Assembly (NCBI GenBank): GCA_029953675.1
Contig: JAMWBK010000001.1
Span: 3,410,001 to 3,474,000, forward strand
DNA: 64,000 nt
Reading direction: 5' to 3'
From: Rhodosorus marinus CCMP1338
Taxonomy: Eukaryota > Plantae > Rhodophyta
Shown piece after piece: positions 1 to 10,995 of the stretch (its first letter is position 1; every line of letters begins with the position of its first letter). The position numbers and the translations under genes were made by a program. The notes under the pieces are model-generated. The model saw only the letters and a program-made list of their open reading frames with translations. It searched no databases and was not told where the DNA came from.

Positions 1-42
1 TAGGGCTCAGAGCTCCTTTGGCTAATCCGAAACAGACACGTC

Positions 43-501
43 CTAGGCAGCATTCGAGGCGGATGACTCTGGTTGGGCACCACCAAGGAGCTCTTTCAGT
101 AACGCGTTTATGACTGCACATTTGACTTCTGCGTATTGAATGGGCAGGCTCAATTCAACATCAGGGTTTGAGGCTACCAAGTCCGCTGCCTACTGTGCCC
201 CGCCGATAATCTTATTCGTAAGTGGCTGTTGCAAACTACCATAGGCTCGACTTTGCTCGAAATCATAGTGCTTGTCAGGATCCTGGTTGGAACTCCGGCG
301 ACCACTGAATCGCGCACTACTATCTATTGCTTCGACGCTTCCCGTTCTGATCAACAGTTACGACCAATTCCGCGCTACTATATTGGCCAAAGTTCGGCTT
401 CAAGAACGAAGTTTTCACAGTTGTTTGCTCCTCACGGACACGGTTGTCCTAAACGGACGTTCCCAAGCACCGAGCCGAATTCGTTTGGTCTGCCTAGCCA
501 T
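43..501 (-). CDS. Hypothetical spliced small protein (~98 aa), possibly the 3' part of a longer gene
   Basis: Three phase-0 compatible segments on the minus strand (501..436, 323..240, 189..43) with GT/AG borders give MARQTKRIRLGAWERPFRTTVS-IVVRDSVVAGVPTRILTSTMISSKVEPM-AADLVASNPDVELSLPIQYAEVKCAVINALLKELLGG...AA*. No family recognised. Confidence 0.35.
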
Positions 502-1680
502 ACGAATCTAAAACGTCGTGACGTGACTTAGAGAGCCAGCAGCCCTCTCAACGGTTGCACTACCTGGCAATGTTGGAACCCCACGCTTACGTTCATTTGC
601 TACGCATCCTCCAAGCACCAATCAAACTTGAGAGTGAGCGATCAAAACGAGAACCGGTCCGTACCATCTTTTCCTCAGATCGTTAGACGATCAACGACTC
701 CATTCCACTTACCACAAGCGGGTCTGCTACTTCTCACGCAGTCGGTGGCATGGGTAGTCAGGAAATCTCGGAGAATTAGGGTGGGGGAGGGGAAGCGGCT
801 CTTGGTACGTACTCAGCCAAAATTTGCCACATACCTGGACATCCACACCAGAACGCTAGAGCGCATCATGTGCAAAGCGTAAGCTACCGTTGATCCTCCG
901 AGTAGGGAGTTTCAACCTATCTCTGATCAGGGAATGCACATTAACGGACTCCCAACAAAGCCTGCCGTCAGTTACCCTCCCCCCCCGCAAACTAAGTCTA
1001 GCCCAATTTTCTAAATCACCCTCCTAGGACTTGACATCATTTGATACATTCCAATAAACATAATTTTCACACTCCTTATCGATCGAACAACTTCTCCATA
1101 ACCCCCTGATTACATTTATTTTGGAGAGAGGATGGACTTCTCCTTTGCGCCATACTCAGAATCGGGGTGGTAAACACCATTCCATCGTTAAACCGATCAA
1201 CGACAATTCTGATGAAAGTTCTTCATTTGTTTCGTAAAAAAGCTAAATATATCGTCCCAAATAACCTTCTCTGTCGTCTTAACCAATGCATATCATCGTA
1301 TATACAGATACATTACAACAGAAACCCACCCCCCCGAAAAGGGGGGGGTAGCCTGTTTCACCAGTGCAAGCGCATCCCTGGCCAACAAAAAACTTCTAAA
1401 TTTTAATATTCCGCTGGCTTATTGGCCTGACTTATGGACCACGAGCGGAAGGTTTTTTTTGTCCCCATTAGCATTCGAGACAAATGGAATTTTGGCATAC
1501 GAAAATATGGTGAAAATTGTATGATAATATTAGTAAATAATATTTAGTGCTATATACAAGGGGTAGGGCGTAGTTTGGTGTAAGCGGTTTGCGAGTGTTT
1601 GGGCTGATTTTCTTGATGGGGGAAAAAGATGGGAGTTTTTGAGGAGGATGCGGAGGGTAGAAGTGAGGATTGCGAGAGAT

Positions 1681-1813
1681 TGGGGTTGAGGAGGTGGGGA
1701 GGTTGGGAGATGGGGTTGAGGGGGATGGGGAGGTTGGGAGATGGGGTTGAGGGGGATGGGGAGGCTGGGAGATGGGGTTGAGGTGGTGGGGAGGTTGGAA
1801 GATGGGGCTGAGA
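1681..1813 (+). repeat. G-rich minisatellite, ~31-bp unit (GATGGGGTTGAGGGGGATGGGGAGGTTGGGA), about 4 copies
   Basis: Unit read directly in tandem upstream of the CTD phosphatase start. Confidence 0.9.
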
Positions 1814-1970
1814 TAGGATTGAGGTGATCTTTTAGAAGGGTCACCGGGAATTTTTGTTTGGAAAGAATACTTAGGAGTTTTCAAGGAGAGTATTAAATGT
1901 TTTGTTTTGGTGGTGGGAATTGTGAAAGGGGTAAGGGGAGGCTCTATGAGGAATCTTGAGGGTTCGGGAG

Positions 1971-3600
1971 ATGTCTGTGGATGAAAATGGGAGAGGAGGG
2001 CTTCGGTATCGATGGAATAGGAGAAGGGTGAGGAGTACTGGGAAGGTGTTGAAGGAGGATTGGTTGAGTTTGAGTGGAAGTGAGATTAAGAAGAAGTTTG
2101 GGAGGTTAAAGACGGACGGTTTTGCGCCGAGCGAGCACGCCTTTGTGCTGAAGAGGTAGGAAGGGAGCTTTTGGCAAGTGAGAAGTCTCTTTTCTGACTA
2201 CTGTAGCAAGCTAGCAAGCTAGCAAGCTACAGTCATCAGAAAAGAGTGTTTGTGTTTGTGTTGCAGAGGTGTCGACATTGTAACCGCGGAGACGAACTGA
2301 TACGAAAGGGTGTTTTTCGGCTTGTTTGGCTTGTTCGTTTTTTCTGTAGGTGGCTTGAGTCTTGCCTACTACACTTTGTTCAACTTTTTGAATCAATGAG
2401 TAGCGCCATGGAAATAGGAGTACCTAAACTTGGGCCTACGGCTGGTGAGTTAGGCTGGGCTCTTTCGCAGCAAGTGTTTTTGGAATTTTGGAAAGCTAAG
2501 TACAAGTCCCTGCTCCGTCGTCGTTGCAGGTAATAGTACGGGCGAGGAAGAATCCACGTTGAGTCCTCCGTGTTCAAGTTATAAGATCGAAAGTGTGGCA
2601 GAGAACGAGCCGCTTGTTAACTGTAAGTGTTTTCCTGGCTTCGCTTGGTCTGCGTGCTCGGACTAGAGGTGCTAATGCGCGGCCCTCCATTTTTGTTTTC
2701 CTACAGCTTCAACTGATGTTAATGGAATAAGGATTTGGAACGACGTGGATGCGTTGTCGTTTATCGCTTCATTGCCTCCGCTTTCTAGTATACTGAACAG
2801 GCCGAAGGTTAGGAATTTGGAACTTTTTCAGCACCTGAGGGACTCCTTCGTGTTCACCCTACTTGTCGGGGAACATTTTGCAGATTCACTGAGACTTTCT
2901 CTCTCTTTATCCCTAATATCAGGTCTGCATTGCCCCGAAGGCCCCTGGGAGACCGAGAAGCACGCTTGTTTTGGATCTGGACGAAACTTTGGTGCATTGC
3001 TCGACAGAAGCCCTGGAGAACTTTGACCTCACGTTCCCTGTAAAGTTTCGAGACCATGAATATGAAATATTTGTGAGAAGGCGGCCGCACCTGGAGGAAT
3101 TTTTGGCGGAGATTAGCAAGTCGTTCGAGGTTATTGTTTTCACAGCTTCCCATAGAGTCTACGCGGACAGGTTGTTGGACATCCTAGACCCGAAGGATGC
3201 GTATTTTGACCATCGAGTGTTCAGGGAGTCGTGCCTATTTCATGTTGGGAATTACATTAAGGATTTGAGCGTGCTGGGAAGAGAAATCTCTCGGACTGTC
3301 ATTATAGACAACTCTCCACAGGCGTTTGGCTTTCATGTTGACAATGGTACGTACATGCACACCTGCAGGGAAAGATAGTGGTTCACATCGTTCCGGCTCA
3401 GAAAGTTTCGCTCTGTATGATTGCTTCCAACAGGGATACCAATTTCGACTTGGACTGTGGAAGAGGATGACGACGCACTTCTGCGGCTGATCCCCCTGCT
3501 CAAGGATGTGGCAAATGCCCCTGACGTTAGACCTGTCATACGAGAACGGGTTGGCCTGGGGAAGAAGATCACGGAGCTAAGGGAGCTATCCATGGCCTGA
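1971..3600 (+). CDS. CTDSPL2: CTD small phosphatase-like protein (SCP/FCP1 HAD family, CTDSPL2-like), 6 exons, ~354 aa
   Basis: join(1971..2155,2350..2444,2530..2622,2707..2807,2923..3346,3434..3600) is phase-consistent. Motifs: TLVLDLDETLVH (DxDxT), RPHLEEFL, VFTAS, YIKDLSVLGR, IIDNSPQAF. Confidence 0.9.
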
Positions 3601-4692
3601 AAGTACTTATTTACGTTTGCTAACTATTGTTCATCATCATCACCGACTATTCATCAACCGGCGAAAACAAATTTAGCCACCGGGACTCAGATTTCTTGTT
3701 GAGTATTAATTATATAGTAGCATTGCCGACTACGAACACCGCCAAAAAATTGCCCGGGGGGGGAGGGGGGAGAGGGCGGGTGGGAAGAGAGCCCAGTCAG
3801 CAACAGGTCTTATCATATGCACTTGGGCCCAATCTAGTGTTCAAGGTGGTTGTCCCCGTTTACGCTGCATTAAATAAAACTTACCTCCAGGGGCGGATCA
3901 TCAATAACAGCAGAACAGCAAGCATGTCGGCGGTTACTTTGCGAACACCTACTGCAAGCAAGGCTCCGACTTGGGCCGGACCCGGTATATTCCCTGAGGA
4001 ACGGTTTACAGGGTCTAAAGGCGGAGTGGGTAAACCATTACATTACATTCAGTTCTCTCCCAAATCCGTTGACGCTGACAGCAGCTGAGATCGGCAGCAT
4101 TGTCTATTAATAGCTTGCTCTCGGAAGGAACAGCTGCTTACTGTTGAACAAGGTTGCCCCGTCCTGACAAGACAATTCCTGGACCACAATCAGTGGGCTA
4201 TAGCTAGAGGCTCGAGCGTGGTTTGTCACCCTACCATTATCACAAATACAATAGCTATGGCATCTCGTTCAGGGGAGTGAATAAGGGAATGGAAGACAGT
4301 AGACTTGGGACTTTAACCCGGGAAGTATGATGGGGGCGATAAAAGTTGGGCTTCCATAGACGAATTTGGTAACCAGGGTAACCGTCAATTCAGGACGCTT
4401 CAGTTGCTCTCATCGCCACCTCGTATCACAATAATTCCTCCACATCTCGCGCAATATATCCTGCGTGCATCGTGGATGATCTACCCGCCAGCTGTCTCTC
4501 CATCCATGAATGCCAGGTCTCATTCACCCGGGGGGAGGAAGCAAGGCTACGCAGAGGGCCTGCTTATAAAGTCCAACTCGGTTCGTAACACTAAGTCAAT
4601 CCGCTAACGGGCGAGCGTTTCTTAACGGGTGAGCTTTACTTCGCGGGTGAGCAGGCTTGGGAGGCTGAAGGATTCGCCAACAGATATGATGA

Positions 4693-6210
4693 ATGAAGGA
4701 TCTCCTTGCCTATGATTTGGGTGGCAGCAGCCTTCGACTGGGAGTTGTATCCACCAGCCTTCAGCTTAAGAAGCTCGTCCGTTTTCCGCTGAGCATTTCT
4801 GGAAATGAATACGGAGAATACGACGCGGAGCCTTGGACATGGTGGAGGGCGTTTGAGCGGGGCTGTGAAAGGCTTCTCGAGGAGGGCTACGATCTCGGGC
4901 AAGTATCTGCTGTTGTAGGATGCGGGTTCACTCGGACGCAAGTACCTCTCGACGATCAGGGAAATGTTGTTCATCCCGCGATCACGTTCCAGGATTCCAG
5001 AGGAGCCAGGGCGCTGCAGAACTTCCTCGACAGAGCGCCGAGAGGCATTCGTGAGAGACTTCACAACCTCAGTCCGTACCATCCGATTGCTAGGCTGCTA
5101 TGGTTCAAGGAAAGCAAGCCGGAAATCTGGCGCAGGGTTTCCAAGGTGATCGAGCCCAAGGACTACCTCAACCTTCAGCTCACGGGTGTGGTCAGATCGG
5201 ATCAGATTTCGCAGGGTCCGCTTGACAGATTCTTCGATGCTTTGAAGGACGATCAGTCTGTGCTAGATGCCGCAGGGATATCGGCATCGGTATGTCCAGA
5301 GAAAGTCAGTCCATTCTCCCCAGTTGGTGTGGTGAAAGGCGGGCTGTCGACAGTTTTCGATAAGCTTGCCGGCAGGCCCGTCCTGTGCGGTTCAATCGAC
5401 ACATGGACGTGCGTCTTGGGCAGCGGAGGTCTGAACCCAGGTGTTGCTTATGGCATCTCCGGAACCAGCGATGTTGTTGGAGTTATCACCGAAGCACCGG
5501 CTTCCTGTGATGGTCTGATCTCAGTACAATGGGGTCCGAACCTCTGGCAACTTGGTGGGCCATGCCAAGGAGCGGCGTCGCGGTTGGAATGGGCCTCCGA
5601 GCAGTTCTACTCTGGTCAGCCTTTGGAGGACGTGGTTCTGAAGGCCTTGGAGAGCGACGAGGAACCTCCAATCTTTCTGCCTTACTTGGACGGAGAACGT
5701 ACGCCGTTTTGGGACGCGGATCTCCGAGGTGCGTTCGTGGGCGTGAGCGTCAACCACAAGGCCAGGGATTTTGTACGTGCCGTCGCCGAAGGGCTCAACT
5801 TCCTGTCACGGGTTATCCTCGAGAGGGCGGAAGAAGCAGCTGATATCCGAGCCAAGCACGTCTGCTTCTCTGGAGGGCTAGCCAACAGCGTGGGCCTGTG
5901 CCAGCTTAAGGCCGACGTCCTGAACCGTCTGGTCTTTGTCCCCGAGAGCAGAGAGTCGGGTTTGATCGGATCCGCAAGCGTCGCCCTCAACAACTCCGGC
6001 AACATAAGAAACGTCGCAGAGATAATAACGACCACCCGGGGAACGTGGTACTCACCAAACCCTGTCAAGCACGAGGAGTACAATGAACGGTTTGAAGTGT
6101 TTAAGGAGGCCACTCGGGCTTTACGAGACATTTCTCACCGCCTAGCTCGCGGTCAGCGAGGTGGTTTGACTACCGATGGATGTGAAGAGCACCACCTTAA
6201 TCAGCGCTGA
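4693..6210 (+). CDS. FGGY-family carbohydrate kinase (xylulokinase-like), intronless, bacterial type, 505 aa
   Basis: LAYDLGGSSLR phosphate-1 motif, AITFQDSR, GSIDT, ISGTS, FLPYLDGERTPFWDADLRGAFVG, RAVAEG, FSGGLANS...QLKADVL. Substrate cannot be determined from sequence. Confidence 0.9.
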   Translation: MKDLLAYDLGGSSLRLGVVSTSLQLKKLVRFPLSISGNEYGEYDAEPWTWWRAFERGCERLLEEGYDLGQVSAVVGCGFTRTQVPLDDQGNVVHPAITFQDSRGARALQNFLDRAPRGIRERLHNLSPYHPIARLLWFKESKPEIWRRVSKVIEPKDYLNLQLTGVVRSDQISQGPLDRFFDALKDDQSVLDAAGISASVCPEKVSPFSPVGVVKGGLSTVFDKLAGRPVLCGSIDTWTCVLGSGGLNPGVAYGISGTSDVVGVITEAPASCDGLISVQWGPNLWQLGGPCQGAASRLEWASEQFYSGQPLEDVVLKALESDEEPPIFLPYLDGERTPFWDADLRGAFVGVSVNHKARDFVRAVAEGLNFLSRVILERAEEAADIRAKHVCFSGGLANSVGLCQLKADVLNRLVFVPESRESGLIGSASVALNNSGNIRNVAEIITTTRGTWYSPNPVKHEEYNERFEVFKEATRALRDISHRLARGQRGGLTTDGCEEHHLNQR

Positions 6211-6685
6211 ACGTCCAGTGCGAGGTTGAAGAAGCCGAATCATCATCATCTTCGCGAGCTCATGCAGAGTACCTATCCGCGATGACTACCCAGCTGGAAA
6301 AGCTCTGAAGAGCGAAGACTCTGGTGACGTTGTGGGTCCTTCCAGGTACAGGGGCTTTTCCTGAGGAAGACGAGGCCCTCGTCATGATCCTCCGACAACT
6401 GGCCGCTGAGATTACAAAAGCACAGTTTCAAGATTCGACCCAGTGATTCTGAGTGGGCGACGTGGTCATACGGCCTATGTGCTTCTCTTCAGATCACTTG
6501 TCGCCCTCATCGACAATCGAGCGCAGGCTCGAAGAGATATCTCTTCAGGAAGCTTGCCGATGGCTGGTGACGTTGCGAGATGTCCGATCGGCTACTAGTG
6601 TGTACTTAAGCTTGTGAGTAGAGCAGTATATTCAGAGTGAAGAAGAGATAAATAAATCTTGTCAAGCACAAGCACCGCTCGAGAG

Positions 6686-7105
6686 GGGTTTAGAAGTTCG
6701 ACAGAGTCTTAGTGGTCAGGTCTTTTGAGTTTGAGACGAAAGTACTAGGCGTCTGAGGTAGTCCTTCACACAGCGGAACACATAAAGAAAAATTTTGTCA
6801 AGTAACCCTCGAAGGGGTTCGGCGGGAGTTTGACAGAGTATTCCCGGGCCACTTCCGTGCCCACAGCACTCTGCCCTGAGGAGGTGGCCTTTCACACAGA
6901 ACATATAGAAGTCTGCTAAGTAATGGCCGAGGGGGACTAGCGGGAGTTCGACGGAGTCTTGTCCGGTCTTTTGAGTTCCGTGACGAGAGTACGAGGTTTC
7001 TGAGAAGGTCTTTCATCAAGGGGTGTTAGCGGGAGTTTTGACAGAGTCTTGTCCGGTCTTTGAGCTCCGCGACTAGGCGTCTGAGAAGGTCTTTCACAGA
7101 GAAGA
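6686..7105 (+). repeat. Degenerate tandem array, 4 copies of a ~90-130 bp unit
   Basis: Anchor GAC(A/G)GAGT at 6700, 6832, 6950 and 7040, with a shared (A/G)GCGGGAGTT prefix in three copies and GTCTTTTGAG / CTGAGAAGGTCTTTCA motifs recurring. Confidence 0.8.
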
Positions 7106-7754
7106 AAGCCTCTTAGAACATGTTTCAAAAGTACACAGTTCGGTGGGTCTTGTGGACGCTGAAGGAGGTGTTGTACGAGGTAAGATATCCCTCTAGTGAC
7201 AAGGGGGCTTGGAAGGCCTTGGGGCGGGTGAGAGCGGGGAAACATATGTGTAATGGGATTTTGCCACAGAGAATTATGAATTGGTTGGTGCATTCTAAGT
7301 GACTTTTTTCAGAGGGAAGAAGACGTACTCAAGATGTCGTTTTAAGTAAACGTTCTCGCAGGATCTTGTGGAAAGTGAAGGAGGGAGGAGGGGGAGGCGC
7401 TGCACAGTTGAAAGATCTTCAACGGAAGGGGGAGGACGGGTTGGAGGATGGTGAGAAAGGGAACTTTTTGGTGCGGTCCGAATTGACAGAGAAACGATTC
7501 GTTTTTTGGCATTCTGAGTCTGCGTTTCCCAGTGAAGGAAAAACGTATTCTCGCGTGGGTGGTTGTGGAGGGTGAAGGAGAGGTGGAGGGGGAGACTTTT
7601 GCTAAGGAGTTGAGGATTCACTAGTTGGCATTCTGAGGTTTTTATTTTACTTGGTTGAGAGCTATTTTAGTGAGCCCCGAAGGCCTTTGGGAGAGTCGGA
7701 GGGGGTGTTTTGGTTAAGGCCCGAAGCGGGGTTGGTGGATGGGAAGGGGCGGGA

Positions 7755-10044
7755 ATGAACTTTCGAGCTGCGTATTTGAGGAGTTTAGGGTTTGAGCATG
7801 AGAAGATAGCAAAGTCTGAAGTTGGGGCGTTGTTCTCTGAGGATGTTATTCCTGTAAATCAGCTGAGGAAGTTGTGTTTGAGGGTGGGTATCGGATCGAC
7901 GTGGAGGGGGGAGGTGTGGAAGATCATTCTTGGAGTGATTCCTCCGCAGCGAGCTGCTTGGGACTCAACCTCGGAAATTCGGAAGCAGTCTTATGATCAG
8001 CTGTACGAGGCGGCTTCTCTGGTGTTGACTTCAGAGGAACGGACTCGGGAGGATGGGATGTTGGCGGCGTACTCGGTGCACCAGTACTTCCTTCGTCGTG
8101 TATCGAAAGCATCGTCTGCAAAGCTGTATCCGTCTGTTCGGACCGTTCGGAGTTTCTTGCTCAGTGAGGAAGCTGCAGGAGCGCGTTCGGTGCTTCGAAT
8201 CATGCTCCGCGTCTTCAACACAGAGTGGGAGTCATTTTGGTGCGCAGTGAAGTTCATCCAGGCGCAGAGAATAGTAGCGGTCCTCAAACACTCCGGCAAG
8301 CGCCTGCAGTCCTGGGGAGTCGCCTACAGGGTTCGCCTTCTATCCGAGCTACTTGTTCAGAAAGAACCACAGATCGTAAAGACGCTACATGCCACAGGTC
8401 TTCGTGAGGAAGATTTTGCAAAGCTCTGGCTCAGAAACTGCCTCGCTGACGCCCTCCGAGAAGACGACGTCATCGCTTTGTGGGACCACCTTATCGCAGC
8501 ACCGGCAGACTTTGTCTCCCACTTCTCCCTGGAGCTGCTCAAACATCTCGAGCCACAGATCAACGAACTCAAACACGAGGGCAAATCCGAGATTCTTCAA
8601 CTGCTCGCCAACATTCCGCCACTACAAAGCCTGGAAAAGTTCACCCTCCCAGCGGCCGCCGCTACAGCCAGCCTACTGGACAAAAACACAAACCTCGATC
8701 CTCTGCTAACCTTCGACGTGGAATGGCCGCTCCTACGATATGGAGAACGTGGAGGTAAGACTGGATTTCACACACCAAGGGCTATCAAAACAAAAGCTGC
8801 ACTACTCGAAGACGCGGGGCGGAAGACCCGAAACGGACACCAACGATTCGGGATATTTTCTTTCCCCCCACCCACCCACCCACAAGCTCCGCGATGCTCG
8901 AGCTGTTTCTCGCCAAAGAAGTCGGGGAGTAAACAAGAACTGGAGACCAACTCGTCCCAGATGTCTTCCCTTCAAGCTATGGCGCTTGGTCGGAGATTCT
9001 CTGGCCAGACAGGGAACGCCGCAATGACAGAAGAGCGGGGATCGTTGTGCTCGTTGATCACAACGGCCTGATCACCCTATTGCTTCCCTCCATTTGCTAG
9101 TCAAAAGCTTGCGCTGCTGTACTTCGTCAGAACCAGACCAGATCAGGCTCCAAACCCTTCTAGAGGTCGCAAGCGCATCGTTTCAGCTAGGATAGAGAGG
9201 AAACACCCCGTCCTCTTGTTTCGGTTTTCGGGAAAAGGCGAGGTCGTTAATTGAAACCTGTTCTTTTTGTGCTGTCTTCAGTTATTGTGAAGGTAATGCA
9301 GCTGCTGCTGAGGACGAAGGGACTTGGTGGGATGTTCAGCGTTGATAGCTACTACGGCGATCGGACTGAGAATGCGTTGACAAGGTTGAAGAAGCAGATG
9401 TATGAGATTGAGGTCGAAAAGCAGCAGAAGTTGTCGATGCAGTCGGACCCGAATCTCAGGAGTGCTCCAAACGGGGAGCAGCCGATGCGGGTTGGTGGGG
9501 AGCCGACGCGGGTTGGTGGGGAGCCGACGCTGAGAGATAAAAGTGAAGCTTGGAAGGGGGTTCGGCGGACTAGACTACAGGGCTCAATGGATGAGATGAC
9601 GCCGTCTAGCCTGGAAATGGACAACTCGCCTATGGCAAAACACGAACTAGACGCGGATAATATAACTGGCGTGGGAGGCGTGCAGAAAAGTGCCTGGGAC
9701 GGCGAACGAGCGTTTGGCCCCAAGCTATGGCCAACCCTCCTGGAGTCAATATCTGCTGGCTCTAGGGGAGACGACGTCAAGGCGCTTCAAGCGTTGTTGA
9801 TACAGAGGTATGATGCTCAGTTCGTCCGGATGCAAAATAGCTTTTTGATATTCATCTCGACTTAGGTTGACTGCGTTCGTTCGCTCCGTACAGACATGGG
9901 TACTCCAAGGTTCGAGAAGACGGCTACTTCGGTACCCAGACTGTGAACGCCGTCAAGGATTTCCAAGCACACGTGGCCACGCGAGCAATCCCGGTGGATG
10001 GAATAGTCGGCCCAGTAACCTGGATCCACCTCCTCGATTCCTGA
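7755..10044 (+). CDS. TBC1D7-like Rab-GAP-TBC protein fused to two C-terminal peptidoglycan-binding-like (PG_binding_1) domains, 3 exons, ~558 aa
   Basis: join(7755..8754,9282..9807,9894..10044) = 1677 nt, phases 1 and 2 match. The N-terminus MNFRAAYLRSLGF...WRGEVWKIILGVIPP resembles TBC1D7 (NFRSVYYEKVGF...ALVWKVLLGILPP). Splicing reconstitutes WPLLRYGERG|VIVKVMQLLL...VDSYYGDRTENAL, and a second copy GSRGDDVKALQALL...DGYFGTQTVNAVKDFQ...VDGIVGPVTW follows. Confidence 0.75.
9481..9529 (+). repeat. In-frame 21-nt tandem duplication (P[M/T]RVGGE x2) in the linker between the PG-binding domains
   Basis: GCCGA(T/C)GCGGGTTGGTGGGGA repeated about 2.3 times. Confidence 0.85.
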
Positions 10045-10995
10045 GACAAGAACCTTTCAAGAAAGGTCGGGAGAAGCCACGTTGGACCTTCAACTATTTA
10101 TGGAACAAAGTTTCCTCAACAAACACCTTTGAAAGAACAACATTGTACATAGTGTCAGGTGGACTCTGCAAACCACGGTTGCTTCAATGGACAGACTTTC
10201 AGATTTAAAAGGCAATAGAAAATCAAAAGCTTCCAATCCAGATCTGAAGACCTCACAAAGAATCAAGAAAGTTCTCTACACAAAACTCGCCTCTTGCGCA
10301 TCCAAACTGTGGAGAACGCTTTTGAGAAACTCACCGGAACCGAACCATCCGCCATCCGAGTTTTGTTTTTGCACACACGACATTTTCAATCAAAACAAAC
10401 CACAAATTGACTGTAAGGGATCGCCGAACTCGATCTTATAAGTGAAAAATGGTGAAAATATTGATTTAGACGATATTAATAATAGCAAATATTGAAATAT
10501 ATATTGTATATACGTTTTCTACGTCGAGTCAATTTGTTTTTTGCCATTTCATGTTGTTCAGTTTGTGTGGACGATCGAATTTCCTGTAGAAAGAGGTCTT
10601 TTGCAAGGGTTTGTCAATGGCATTGGGGGGGAGGCGCTTGTTGAGCGGCCCCGGGCATTGGGAAGATGAGCACATTTCTTATAAATCATCATCGTTCAGT
10701 CAGAGACAAGGCTACTCTGTGATTCGAGAAAAACTACGCCAAGCAGAGAGAGGATACGCCTCTAAAACTTGGTTGTCAGGTGTCGGATACAGATCGCTTC
10801 GGGGTTCGTTCTTCCATTCGGTGTGCAAAAGGGTTCTGTTCCCATCGCTAGGTTGTGGAGGGGAAGTAGGGTCTGGAGCTCTTGCGGTGATCGCTAAGGA
10901 AAGTTATCTTCGGGTTTCGCTAGTTACATATCTTTTTATTTTTCATTGGCTCTTTAGATATCATAAATCATAAGATGTGCGAGTTTCTCTGCATT

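Noticed and set aside
1-950. Possible rRNA or spacer sequence at the window start
   Set aside because: No conserved SSU, LSU or 5S motifs were recognised. A spliced minus-strand coding model fits part of it better.
4636-6131. Antisense and alternate-frame ORFs overlapping real genes (also over GT11, LeuRS, PAK and the cyclin)
   Set aside because: They are shadow ORFs of coding sequence with no independent motifs.
7710-9071. Unspliced 453-aa TBC ORF plus separate ORFs at 9251 and 9867
   Set aside because: The tail after 8754 is low-information sequence. A strong GTAAGA donor and phase-matched acceptor rebuild a complete PG-binding domain, so the spliced fusion is preferred. It still needs RNA confirmation.
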